From a bacterium (GTDB lineage: Bacteria; Zhuqueibacterota; Zhuqueibacteria; Oceanimicrobiales; Oceanimicrobiaceae), in NCBI GenBank assembly GCA_046757025.1, contig JBHHXN010000107.1:1-18277 (forward strand): a stretch of DNA of 18,277 bases, given 5' to 3'. The notes beneath the pieces were generated by a model, which was not told the origin of the DNA, did no database searches, and worked only from the letters and a program-made list of their open reading frames with translations. Numbering within the stretch: position 1 is the stretch's first letter; the number at the start of each line of letters is the position of its first letter. Below, one piece after another: positions 6,768 through 15,894 of this stretch. The position numbers and the translations under genes are program-made.

Positions 6768-9032
6768 TTAAATACCCTGATTTTTGTTGTTCAAAGGCAG
6801 TTCAATTGAAAAAGTCGTACCTTTACCCAATTCGGATTTGCAGGTGATCTGTCCGCCGTGCTCGTTGATTACCTGCTGTGTGATGGCTAATCCGAGTCCG
6901 GTACCAAAGTCCTTCGTAGTAAAAAACGGATCGTATATTTTATCGATCATATCCGGTGGAATGCCCATACCGCTGTCCTGAATATCGATAACCGCTCGCT
7001 GATCCATTTTATGCACACGGATATGTAATTTACCCCCTTTGGGCATGGCATCAATGGCGTTGCGAACAATATTTAAAATGACCCGGCGAATTTGTACTCG
7101 GTCAAATCGAATATCCAACTCGCCATGTTGAAATTTAAAATCAAAGGTGATCTGCTTTTGATTGAACTCAGGCTGTAAAATATCGATCATGCTTTTGATA
7201 TCCTCTTCCAGGTTGCCTCTCACCGGTCGGGATTCCGGCAACCGAGAAAATTGCAAATATTCCTCGGTTAAAGCCGTCACTCTTTCCACTTCTGAGATGA
7301 TGGATTCCAACAAAACCTGGCCTTCACGGGTATTGACGGATTCATAACTGTTCAGCTCGTCCTCGAGCAGCTCGGCATTCAAACTGATGGACGAGAGCGG
7401 GTTGCGGATTTCATGCGCTACCTTGGCCGCCATCTGCCCGATGATGGCCAGGCGCTCCGTTTGCAATATTTTCTTCTGAAGCTGCACCTGTTCGGTCATA
7501 TCGCGCAAAATTCCGTTGAACATTTTGCGCTCGCCGATGTACACTTCACTCACAGCCAGATATAGTGGAAACACCGTGCCGTCTTTGCGCTGACCCACAA
7601 TTTCCCGCCCGATACCGATGATCTTTTTTTCGCCGCTCTGCAGATATTTTGAAAGATAATTTTGATGTTCGTTTCGGTACGGTTCCGGCATGAGCAAATG
7701 AATGTTTTTGCCGATCACTTCTTCGGCTTTATATTGGAATAACCTTTCCGCTGCGGAGTTAAAAGACTGAATGTTGCCTTCCTCATCGATGGTGATGATG
7801 CCGTCCACCGCGGTTTCCACGATGGCGCGAATGCGGGCTTCGCTTTCCTGCAAGGCTTCCTGAGCCAGTTTGCGCTCGGTTAAATCGAGCATGGTACCCA
7901 CCAATTTAACCACTTTTCCTCGCTCATCGCACACGGGCTCTCCAATGCTTTGAACAAATCGAATATCGCCATTGGGCCGAACGATGCTGTGCTCTACGTT
8001 GAATGGGACGGCTTTTTTAATGGCGTTGTTCACTTCGTGTTTCACCCGCTGCCGGTCATCGTCGTGAATGTGCCGCATAAACTCTTCCAGGGAAGGCTCG
8101 CCTTTTGTCGGATCGAGACCCATGATTTTAAAGGTTTCTTCCGACCAGTGGATATCTTCAGCGGATTGAGTGGGAATGTTCATTTCGTAGCTGCCGAGGT
8201 GTACCAGCTCCTGAGCTTTTTTGAGATTGGCTTCGCTGCGCACCAGGGCGTCTTCCATGCGCTTGCGTTCGGTGTCGTCCTGTCCGGAGCTGATGGTGCC
8301 GATGACCTTGCCCGAGGCATCCTGCAGAATGGAATTGTGCCAGGTTATGATGCGCTCCTCGCCGTTTTTGGTCAACAGCGGATTTTCAAATCGATAAGGC
8401 CAATTTCTTTGTTTGATGGAGTGAAAAGTCTCCTGGACTTTCGCCTTCCAACGCTCGGGTATAAACAGGTCGAACCAGTTTTTCCCCAGCACTTCTTGTT
8501 TGGTGTAACCTGTAACTTCTTCACATTTTTTGTTGAAAATGATGATTACACCCTGGGTATTGAGTCCCACAAAAAGATTGTTGGCGGTTTCAATGAGGGA
8601 CTCTGAAAACTCCTTTTCTTGTCGGAGCTGGTTTTCGATTTTTTTCTTTTCGGTGATTTCCGACTGAATGCCCATATAGCCGATTTTTTCACCGTTTAAA
8701 TAAACCGGTGTGATGGTAAGAAAATTGGGAATTTCGTTGCCGTCCTTACGCTGGTTGATTATTTCACCTTTCCACACGCCGTTGGTGGTAATGGCTTGCC
8801 ACATCTCTTGATACAATTCGTCTGAGGACTGAGCGGAGCGCAGAATGTTGGTGTTTTTACCGATGGCCTCTTTGCGGGTCCAGCCGAACATGTGGGTGAA
8901 CGCGTGATTGATCTCGACGATATTTCCTTGGAGATCGGTGATCAAAATGGCGTCGGTGGAATGTAAAAAAGCGTTGTAGATCAGCTCAAATCGGTGTTCA
9001 AGACGGGAAAGGTTTTTCTTTTTTAACGGCAT
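6768..9032 (-). CDS. Soluble sensor histidine kinase with four PAS/PAC domains
   Basis: Four PAS-PAC repeats, H-box AHEIRNPL, N-box NAIDAM, DSGMGI, PFFTTK, GTGLGL; no transmembrane segment; stop 1 nt before the regulator start. Confidence 0.95.
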   Translation of the reverse strand: MPLKKKNLSRLEHRFELIYNAFLHSTDAILITDLQGNIVEINHAFTHMFGWTRKEAIGKNTNILRSAQSSDELYQEMWQAITTNGVWKGEIINQRKDGNEIPNFLTITPVYLNGEKIGYMGIQSEITEKKKIENQLRQEKEFSESLIETANNLFVGLNTQGVIIIFNKKCEEVTGYTKQEVLGKNWFDLFIPERWKAKVQETFHSIKQRNWPYRFENPLLTKNGEERIITWHNSILQDASGKVIGTISSGQDDTERKRMEDALVRSEANLKKAQELVHLGSYEMNIPTQSAEDIHWSEETFKIMGLDPTKGEPSLEEFMRHIHDDDRQRVKHEVNNAIKKAVPFNVEHSIVRPNGDIRFVQSIGEPVCDERGKVVKLVGTMLDLTERKLAQEALQESEARIRAIVETAVDGIITIDEEGNIQSFNSAAERLFQYKAEEVIGKNIHLLMPEPYRNEHQNYLSKYLQSGEKKIIGIGREIVGQRKDGTVFPLYLAVSEVYIGERKMFNGILRDMTEQVQLQKKILQTERLAIIGQMAAKVAHEIRNPLSSISLNAELLEDELNSYESVNTREGQVLLESIISEVERVTALTEEYLQFSRLPESRPVRGNLEEDIKSMIDILQPEFNQKQITFDFKFQHGELDIRFDRVQIRRVILNIVRNAIDAMPKGGKLHIRVHKMDQRAVIDIQDSGMGIPPDMIDKIYDPFFTTKDFGTGLGLAITQQVINEHGGQITCKSELGKGTTFSIELPLNNKNQGI

Positions 9033-9070
9033 ATTTTTTTAATGATTCAAAATTTGGTAAAATCGACCAC

Positions 9071-10420
9071 TCATGAGCCCGTATTTGCCTTCGTTGCTAA
9101 TTCCTCAGCGGCCTCGTTTTCTTCCTGCGCCATGCCATTTTCTTTCTTTACATTTGGCGGAAGAGTAAAATCCACCAGGTAGTGAAACTGACGTCGAAAT
9201 TCATCTAATGAAATGCCGGCGGTGGCTGCGAATTTCGCCAGCTCGTGCGGATCATCGAAATCGTCCGGCGACAGCCGGATCATGTAACGCCGGGCAATAT
9301 GAAAACTTTCCGATTTGACATTCACCATGCGCACCCGGGTTCGGCCGGTCTTTTTATCGAGGATGTCTTTAAAATACAGCGGCACGAACCGCCCCTCCTG
9401 AATGGACACCATTGCCGCATTCCCTCCCTGCAGAATGAACTTAGCCGCACAGAAGCCCAAATCACGGGTATATTCCATGTCAAAGGGAATGGGATCGGCG
9501 CAGCGCAGCTCGTAACCGATATTCTTTGCCACGATGGTGGTTTTGATTCCGAATTCGGCCAAGCGTTTTTGCACCAGCGCTTTTAAAATTTCACCGAAAT
9601 TGATCTCGGCGATGCGGATATTGTCATGAGCGTCACGCTCCACAGAGCCCAGCGATTTAATTTCATCGGGAGAGAGTTTTTCCACCAACCCTTCGGCTAA
9701 AACCGCTACCCCGTCGGCGCGGCCGTAGCTCAGGCGTTTGATGGCAGCGCCCACTAAAATGTCCACTAACCTTTTTAAGGTTAATGGATTTTCATCGTGA
9801 AACTCTTCCGGAATAATGGTTAATGTGGCGCCAGCCGCTTTGCCGATACCCAGAGCCAGGTGTCCGGCCTTTCGACCCATGGTGACGACATAGTACCAGC
9901 GCGAAGTGGTGTGACCATCCACCATGAGATTTTTGATGATCTCCACGCCAAAGTGGCGGGCGGTCTGAAAGCCAAAAGTGCTGATGCCATGGGGTAAATC
10001 GAGGTCATTATCGATGGTTTTGGGCACGTGCACCACTTTAATGCGGCCGTCGGCCATCTCTTCCAATTTGAGCGCCGAATAGGCGGTGTCATCGCCGCCG
10101 ATGGTGATGAGCTTGTCGATGTTCAAACGCAGCAAAGACGTGACCGTAACTTCCAGATGCTTTTTGTTTTTGGTGGGATTAGCGCGCGAAATGCCGATGT
10201 AGGAGCCGCCGCGAAAATGGATGCGGCTCACATCTTTGATGGTCATTTTTTTGGTGTGCGCAATATCTCCGCGCATGAGCCATTTGAAACCGTCCAGAAT
10301 GCCCACCACTTCGGTCCCGGTGATGATGCTGCGAATGGTGGCCGCCCCGATAACGCTGTTGATGCCCGGCGCCGGACCGCCGCCAACTAAAATCCCCAAT
10401 TTTTTCGGCTGCATGGTCAT
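9071..10420 (-). CDS. pfp: Pyrophosphate-dependent phosphofructokinase (diphosphate--fructose-6-phosphate 1-phosphotransferase)
   Basis: GGGPAPGIN, GGDD (Asp marks PPi use), PKTIDND, MGR and GYELRC motifs. Confidence 0.92.
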   Translation of the reverse strand: MTMQPKKLGILVGGGPAPGINSVIGAATIRSIITGTEVVGILDGFKWLMRGDIAHTKKMTIKDVSRIHFRGGSYIGISRANPTKNKKHLEVTVTSLLRLNIDKLITIGGDDTAYSALKLEEMADGRIKVVHVPKTIDNDLDLPHGISTFGFQTARHFGVEIIKNLMVDGHTTSRWYYVVTMGRKAGHLALGIGKAAGATLTIIPEEFHDENPLTLKRLVDILVGAAIKRLSYGRADGVAVLAEGLVEKLSPDEIKSLGSVERDAHDNIRIAEINFGEILKALVQKRLAEFGIKTTIVAKNIGYELRCADPIPFDMEYTRDLGFCAAKFILQGGNAAMVSIQEGRFVPLYFKDILDKKTGRTRVRMVNVKSESFHIARRYMIRLSPDDFDDPHELAKFAATAGISLDEFRRQFHYLVDFTLPPNVKKENGMAQEENEAAEELATKANTGS

Positions 10421-10540
10421 ACGAAATCCTTCTTTATTCCCACATTCCTAACAGGTACCGCTTTCATAAATTAAAATAAAAATTAACCAAATGCCGGATT
10501 TGAGTGGTAATTAAAAATATGGTTATATATTCACTAAAAA

Positions 10541-10582
10541 AGTTCAAATTTTCTTGAACTATTAAATTATATTTTGTATAAT
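10541..10582 (+). promoter_or_regulatory. Candidate sigma70 promoter of pckA with a palindrome overlapping the -35 box
   Basis: TTGAAC (10554-10559)-N17-TATAAT (10577-10582); agttcaa-N6-ttgaact inverted repeat at 10541-10560. A second candidate is TTGACT-N16-TAAATT at 10619-10646. Confidence 0.5.
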
Positions 10583-10774
10583 TTACTGAAATTATTTTTA
10601 CAAAGCAAGCAGATTAACTTGACTCTTTAGCTGAATTATCTAAATTTGAATTCACAAATTAAATAAAGCGGCACGTACATCCGATAAGCTTTTGAACCGG
10701 GAAGCAAAACGAATTCGAGACAGCTTTTCATCGCGATCAATTCACTAAATATAAATTTAAAGAGAGAGAGTATT

Positions 10775-12361
10775 ATGGATACCAAAGAGGCTCAACTTAC
10801 GTCAGTTGGTTTAACAAATCTGAAAAAGTTGAATTGGAATCTTTCGCCCGCAGTCTTGGTGGAACACGCCTTGAAACGCGGCGAAGGAGTCATGGCGCAA
10901 AACGGTGCGCTCATTGTTCGGACTGGCAGTCGAACCGGGCGATCGCCGGCGGACCGTTTTATCGTGGATGAGCCTGGCAGTCGAGATACTATTGCTTGGG
11001 GTAAAGTCAATATGCCTATGTCTGAAGAAACGTTTGATGTTCTCTTTAAAAAAGTCACGGCCTACTTGCAAAATAAAGAGCTGTTTATCCAGGACATGTT
11101 TGTGGGTCAAAATCCCAATTACCGTATGCCGCTGAGGGTGGTTTCGGAATTTGCCTGGGGCGCTTTGTTTGCCAGAACGCTTTTTGTTCGGCCGCAAAGC
11201 GACGAAGAGCTGGCCAGCCACCAGCCTGAATTCACCGTGCTGCACGCCCCTCTGCTCACAGCCAATCCGGAGCTGGACAACACCAACAGCGAAGTCTTCG
11301 TGGTCATCCATTTAGCGAAAAAGCTGGTTCTGGTCGGTGGGACTCATTACGGCGGCGAAATCAAAAAATCGATTTTTTCGGTGATGAACTACCGATTGCC
11401 GGGCAAAGGCGTCTTTCCCATGCACTGCTCGGCCAATGTCGGCTCGGACCAGGATTGTGCCTTGTTTTTTGGCCTCTCCGGCACCGGCAAAACCAGCCTG
11501 TCTGCCGATCCCGACCGCAAGCTCATCGGCGACGACGAGCACGGCTGGGGCGACGACGGCGTATTCAATTTTGAAGGCGGATGTTACGCCAAATGCATCA
11601 AACTGACTCTGGAAAAAGAGCCACAGATTTACAATGCCATTCGATTCGGCTCCATCGCAGAAAACGTCATTTATGACGAAAATACCCGAGTCATCGATTA
11701 CGACGCCGCGGATATCACCGAAAACACCCGCGCCACCTATCCCATCGAACACATCGATAACGCGCTGATTCTCGGACTCGGAAATCATCCACAAAACATC
11801 ATGTTTTTAACCGCGGACGCTTTTGGGGTGCTGCCGCCAATTTCGAAACTCACACCGGAGATGGCCATGTACCATTTTCTTTCCGGCTACACTTCAAAAT
11901 TAGCCGGCACCGAGGCCGGCATCACCGAACCGCAGAGCGCGTTCAGCGAATGTTTTGGCTCGCCGTTTCTACCGCTGCCTGCCACCCGCTATGCTGAAAT
12001 GCTCGGCGAAAAAATGCGCAATCACAATGCCAATGTCTGGCTTGTAAACACCGGCTGGACTGGCGGCCCGTATGGCGTGGGTAAACGCATGGATATCATC
12101 TACACCCGGGCCATGGTCAAAGCCGCCCTGTCTGGCGCTTTGCGGGAAGTGGAATTCACACCGCACGAAATTTTTAAAGTGCTGGTGCCAACCAGTTGTC
12201 CCAATGTGCCTACAGAAGTGCTGAATCCGCGCAACACCTGGAGCGATAAAGACGAATACGAACGCAAAGCTAAAGAATTGGCAAAACGGTTTCAAGAAAA
12301 CTTCAAAAAATTTACCGATGCCTCCGAAGCAGTGAAAGCCGCGGGCCCGGTGGCGGATTAA
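10775..12361 (+). CDS. pckA: Phosphoenolpyruvate carboxykinase (ATP)
   Basis: [50 protein letters not shown] and DAFGVLPP motifs. Confidence 0.97.
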   Translation: MDTKEAQLTSVGLTNLKKLNWNLSPAVLVEHALKRGEGVMAQNGALIVRTGSRTGRSPADRFIVDEPGSRDTIAWGKVNMPMSEETFDVLFKKVTAYLQNKELFIQDMFVGQNPNYRMPLRVVSEFAWGALFARTLFVRPQSDEELASHQPEFTVLHAPLLTANPELDNTNSEVFVVIHLAKKLVLVGGTHYGGEIKKSIFSVMNYRLPGKGVFPMHCSANVGSDQDCALFFGLSGTGKTSLSADPDRKLIGDDEHGWGDDGVFNFEGGCYAKCIKLTLEKEPQIYNAIRFGSIAENVIYDENTRVIDYDAADITENTRATYPIEHIDNALILGLGNHPQNIMFLTADAFGVLPPISKLTPEMAMYHFLSGYTSKLAGTEAGITEPQSAFSECFGSPFLPLPATRYAEMLGEKMRNHNANVWLVNTGWTGGPYGVGKRMDIIYTRAMVKAALSGALREVEFTPHEIFKVLVPTSCPNVPTEVLNPRNTWSDKDEYERKAKELAKRFQENFKKFTDASEAVKAAGPVAD

Positions 12362-12416
12362 TGTCTTATTTATGATGTCATCTTTTTGAGGGGGCTGTCC
12401 AAAAAGTCATTTTTCT

Positions 12417-12440
12417 TCACCCTGAGCGAAGTCGAAGGGT
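12417..12440. repeat. REP-like unit tcaccctgagcgaagtcgaagggt; degenerate inverted partner at 12706-12739
   Basis: tcaccctgag pairs with ctcagcgtga (12730-12739); same family as the unit at 1190-1209 (16/20 identical on the opposite strand). Confidence 0.65.
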
Positions 12441-12441
12441 G

Positions 12442-12662
12442 TACGGCTATCCAGTTTGCTCAGAAACGGGGTTATTACTGAATTCAGTATTTAAAAGAAT
12501 GCTATAGTCAGTCATTCCCGCGAAAGCGGGAATCCATTTAGAAACAAAGATTTGAGGCGGTCGAAACCTCTGGATGCCCGCCTTCGCGGGCATGACGATT
12601 AAGGTTTATATCAATCGAAAAGAGCTTTTATAAGTTCAAGCTGAGTTAACTGGATAGCCGTA
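12442..12662. mobile_element. Inner 221-bp MITE with 15-bp perfect TIRs and a 9-bp target-site duplication
   Basis: tacggctatccagtt (12442-12456) / aactggatagccgta (12648-12662), flanked by cgaagggtg at 12433-12441 and 12663-12671. Confidence 0.8.
12511..12596. repeat. Inverted REP doublet (REPIN-like) of the dRS3-like ATTCCC-N8-GGGAAT type
   Basis: gtcattcccgcgaaagcgggaatcca (12511-12536) and tggatgcccgccttcgcgggcatgac (12571-12596); 23/26 complementary. Confidence 0.8.
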
Positions 12663-12850
12663 CGAAGGGTGTCGAAGGGTGTTGTAAGTTGATTAAAAAC
12701 AAACATGCTTTCCCGAATTTACTTCGGGACTCAGCGTGAGGGTGTATTCTTTTCGCGACTTTTTGGGCAGCCCCCTTTTTATTTAAAAAATCATCCATCG
12801 CAGCCGGATGAATAAAACTTTTTGACATTTTTGCGTTGCATTTTATCCGT

Positions 12851-12879
12851 TTGACTCTTAGTTTCGGAACAGATACAAT
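12851..12879 (+). promoter_or_regulatory. Candidate sigma70 promoter of the glycine oxidase gene
   Basis: TTGACT-N17-TACAAT ending 22 nt before the ATG at 12902. Confidence 0.55.
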
Positions 12880-12901
12880 TTTGTCAGGATACAGAAAAAA
12901 C

Positions 12902-14020
12902 ATGAAACCTACCAGTGACGTCATCATCATCGGCGCCGGCCTCATCGGCTGTGCCATCGCCCACCGGCTGGCCAGCAGCGGACTGCAGGTAACCGTGGTT
13001 GAAAAGGGCCAGCCCGGCGAAGAAGCTTCCAGAGCCGCGGCCGGCATGCTGGCACCGCAAGCCGAAGACGCCCACGGTCTGCAAAACGATATGAACGAAT
13101 TTTGCTTCGCCAGTCATGCCCTCTACCCGGAGTTTGTGGAACAAATTGCAGAAGAATCCGGCCTGCACGTTGGCTACCAGACCAGCGGCAGTATTTACGC
13201 CGCCAGCGATTACACCGAAGCGAAAATGTTAGCCGGGTTGTTCGAGCGCCAAATCAGAGCCCATAAAAAAGCTGAAGAGCTCACTCCAACGCAATTGAAA
13301 ACAGTGGAGCCGGCTCTGGCCGATTCTGCTGAGACCGCGGTGTTTTTGCCGGATGATCATTTTGTCAACAATCGCCAGCTCTTGACGGCGCTGGTGACCG
13401 CCGCTAGCCGAAAAAAGGTTAAATTCCTCTCCAACACGCCGGTGCTGGCGCTGGAGATACAAAAAGATAAAGTGGACGGTGTGCATATACCCGGCGGAAT
13501 CCTCCGGGGGCATAAGATAATCATCGCCGCCGGTTCCTGGTCGGGCTTGATCGATTGCCGGGAACGAATCGTTCTGCCGGTGCGGCCCATTCGCGGTCAA
13601 ATCGTTTGCCTGCAAGTCAAACCCCAGCCGCTGCGACATCTCATCCATTCTTCCGGCTGCTATCTCGTTCCCTGGCCCGACGGACGCATCCTGGTCGGAA
13701 GCACCGTGGAAAACGTCGGCTACAACAAACAGGTCAGTGCCGAGGGTGTGCAGCAGCTTCTGCATTCGGCTTTAAAAATCATCCCGGCTCTGGCTTCCGC
13801 AACCGTTGCCGATATGTGGGCCGGCCTGCGCCCAGACACGCCCGACAATCTGCCCATCCTGGGCGAGACTGCTCTGGACAATCTTCTCGTGGCCAGCGGT
13901 CATTTTCGCAACGGCATTCTGTTGGCTCCGCTGACCGCGAAATTGATCGCGGAGCTAATCGTTTCTGGCAAAACATCTCTTTCATTGCAACCGTTTCGCG
14001 CTGACCGCTTTGATGATTAG
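12902..14020 (+). CDS. thiO: Glycine oxidase ThiO-like FAD-dependent oxidoreductase (DAO family); start is the ATG at 12902
   Basis: DVIIIGAGLIG FAD motif, ASRAAAGML, PVRPIRGQ, YLVP, WAGLRP and GHFRNGILLAP. Confidence 0.85.
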   Translation: MKPTSDVIIIGAGLIGCAIAHRLASSGLQVTVVEKGQPGEEASRAAAGMLAPQAEDAHGLQNDMNEFCFASHALYPEFVEQIAEESGLHVGYQTSGSIYAASDYTEAKMLAGLFERQIRAHKKAEELTPTQLKTVEPALADSAETAVFLPDDHFVNNRQLLTALVTAASRKKVKFLSNTPVLALEIQKDKVDGVHIPGGILRGHKIIIAAGSWSGLIDCRERIVLPVRPIRGQIVCLQVKPQPLRHLIHSSGCYLVPWPDGRILVGSTVENVGYNKQVSAEGVQQLLHSALKIIPALASATVADMWAGLRPDTPDNLPILGETALDNLLVASGHFRNGILLAPLTAKLIAELIVSGKTSLSLQPFRADRFDD

Positions 14021-14112
14021 ATGGGATCGAGAAAATGGTATTTTCGGGCCATTGAAAAAAGGGGGGTTTGAGTACTGCAAATACGAAAGTGGCACGCGCG
14101 CAAACGGCCGGT

Positions 14113-14388
14113 TTATTTTGGCTCAGAACCTTTCTCGTTGGAGTTGGACGAATAGGTCTGTTTCTTGTGCTGGCGGTACACGTAAGTTGAAATCACCGCT
14201 ACAATTCCGAATGGCAAAAGCGACAAAAACACCGCGCTGAGATAGTAAGTGTGCAAGACTTTTTTGGAAGCCGCTGAAAAACACACCGGACAGCTCCAAC
14301 CGGCTGCCGGTAAAAAGAAAAGTAAGCAGGCAAAAAGGCCTGCCATTAAAAATGGTTTTAGTCCTTTCATGGCAATGAACTCGCTCAT
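14113..14388 (-). CDS. Small membrane protein with signal-like N-terminus, CPVC motif and C-terminal TM helix; last gene of the oxidase operon
   Basis: Starts 4 nt after the subunit III stop; two hydrophobic segments flank WSCPVCF. Confidence 0.75.
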   Translation of the reverse strand: MSEFIAMKGLKPFLMAGLFACLLFFLPAAGWSCPVCFSAASKKVLHTYYLSAVFLSLLPFGIVAVISTYVYRQHKKQTYSSNSNEKGSEPK

Positions 14389-14392
14389 AAAA

Positions 14393-15031
14393 TCAATTTA
14401 AATAAACCAACAAATAAAGCACCGGCCAAATTCCCACCACAAAATACCAGTACATGCTACATAGCGTAACGCCGGTGTACGCTGAAGCCGTGTATTTTCG
14501 CTTCATGGAATTTCGGAAAACAAACAACAAACAGACTACTGCGCCCAGCACATGTAAACCATGACACCCGATAAGAGCATAAAAAGTCCCTCCGTACACG
14601 CTGGAGGAAAACGTCAATCCGTACCGCACCAGGCTGAACCATTCCGTGCCCTGAAAAACCAGAAACACACTCCCTAAAATAGCCGTCATGCCCAGCCACC
14701 GCACCAGGGATTTTGTGTTTCCCGTTTTAATGCTTTTCGTGGCTCTGAACATAGTAAGACCGCTGATGAGCAGAAGCAGCGTGTTGAGCCCGGTCACGGC
14801 CACTGGTAAAAGCGGTTGCTGCGGCGGCGGCCAGGCTTCGCTGGAAGCCCGCAGAATCATAAAAGTGCTGATGAGCCCGCCAAAGAACATGACCTCTGTG
14901 CTCAAAAAGAGCAGCATTCCCAGAATCGCTTTGTTGAATGGAGCCGCAGGGGCCGGCGGTGAGCCGCCGCCGGCAGGGTTGTTGCCTGCCGCGCCGTTTT
15001 TTATAACAGAGGATTTAGCTATCGTACTCAT
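14393..15031 (-). CDS. ctaE: Heme-copper oxidase subunit III (short form, second copy)
   Basis: GMLLFLSTEVMFF, LNTLLLLISG, FLVFQGTEW, GCHGLHV and YWYFV..IW motifs. Confidence 0.88.
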   Translation of the reverse strand: MSTIAKSSVIKNGAAGNNPAGGGSPPAPAAPFNKAILGMLLFLSTEVMFFGGLISTFMILRASSEAWPPPQQPLLPVAVTGLNTLLLLISGLTMFRATKSIKTGNTKSLVRWLGMTAILGSVFLVFQGTEWFSLVRYGLTFSSSVYGGTFYALIGCHGLHVLGAVVCLLFVFRNSMKRKYTASAYTGVTLCSMYWYFVVGIWPVLYLLVYLN

Positions 15032-15048
15032 CCATCATCCTTTTTACC

Positions 15049-15474
15049 TTATTCAATCGTACCCACAGTCTTTTTGATATTTTTGGCAATGCGGGTACCA
15101 ACGGTGAGCGCGATCAAATTCGTTGGTAATTGATACAACCAGATGCCAGTTATGTTCCCTGCCGAAGTCAAGTAGCCTTGCGTCATAAAATGCAAAGGGA
15201 TAAAAATTATCGGAATCCAGACAAAAGCTAATAAATACACTGAGACGATTTCTTGATTTGTTTCCAAATTTACCCGGCCGACGGGCAACTGAAAAGCCAG
15301 GACACACCAGAGCACATAGCCTGCAATATTCAAAATGGCGGCTACCGGGGCCTGGAAAGCGATCTGGTTTGCTGGTTTGATCACATAATAAAATCCATAC
15401 CCAACTAAAATAGAAAAGATGTTTAACACGGCCATAAAAAAGCCATACAAAATCATTCGGATACTGTTTTTCAT
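15049..15474 (-). CDS. Hypothetical integral membrane protein (about four TM helices)
   Basis: 141-aa hydrophobic ORF filling the gap between subunit IV and subunit III on the same strand. Confidence 0.7.
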   Translation of the reverse strand: MKNSIRMILYGFFMAVLNIFSILVGYGFYYVIKPANQIAFQAPVAAILNIAGYVLWCVLAFQLPVGRVNLETNQEIVSVYLLAFVWIPIIFIPLHFMTQGYLTSAGNITGIWLYQLPTNLIALTVGTRIAKNIKKTVGTIE

Positions 15475-15548
15475 TGCTTCACTTCGACGTTTTTAAATTT
15501 TGACCAAATTTCAAACAACGCCGCTTTACCGCTTGCAGGAATAGATGA

Positions 15549-15830
15549 TTAACGATTGTGCGCAATGTCCGGAATCAGACTCAAGGTCATGATGACAAAA
15601 AGCAGCACCGGAATGATCGCGATGTATCGCACCAGTTTCTCTTCAAATTTTAAATGCATAAAATAAAATGCAACTAACGCGGCTTTCACAGCGGCTACAA
15701 TAAATATAAACGCAACGGTGAGGGCCTGCGAAAACGGCAAATATACGGCTGCAACACTTACAAATAAAAGCAACACTAACCAAGCCCATACGGCGATGTA
15801 ATTGGGATGGGCATGTTTGGCTTCGCTCAT
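15549..15830 (-). CDS. ctaF: Cytochrome c oxidase subunit IV (prokaryotic COX4/CtaF-type)
   Basis: Three TM helices, AAVKAALVAFYFMHLKFE signature, aaggag RBS. Confidence 0.88.
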   Translation of the reverse strand: MSEAKHAHPNYIAVWAWLVLLLFVSVAAVYLPFSQALTVAFIFIVAAVKAALVAFYFMHLKFEEKLVRYIAIIPVLLFVIMTLSLIPDIAHNR

Positions 15831-15894
15831 AAAATTCTCCTTTTATTCTTTATCATACAAAAAAGGGATGCTCCTCAAATAATTGCACGTTTTA

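Larger units (their letters stand above)
12389..12776. mobile_element. Outer non-autonomous element (MITE-like) with 20-bp terminal inverted repeats
   Basis: agggggctgtccaaaaagtc (12389-12408) / gactttttgggcagccccct (12757-12776), 1 mismatch; no coding capacity. Confidence 0.7.

Noticed and set aside
12362..12900. TPP riboswitch upstream of thiO
   Set aside because: The ctgag matches belong to REP/TIR arms, and the remaining conserved TPP aptamer motifs are missing.
12836..12901. Upstream TTG start of the glycine oxidase ORF
   Set aside because: It overlaps the predicted promoter; the FAD motif begins right after the ATG at 12902.
14090..14105. TGGCACG as a sigma54 promoter
   Set aside because: No -12 TTGC-like box, and it lies between convergent gene ends.
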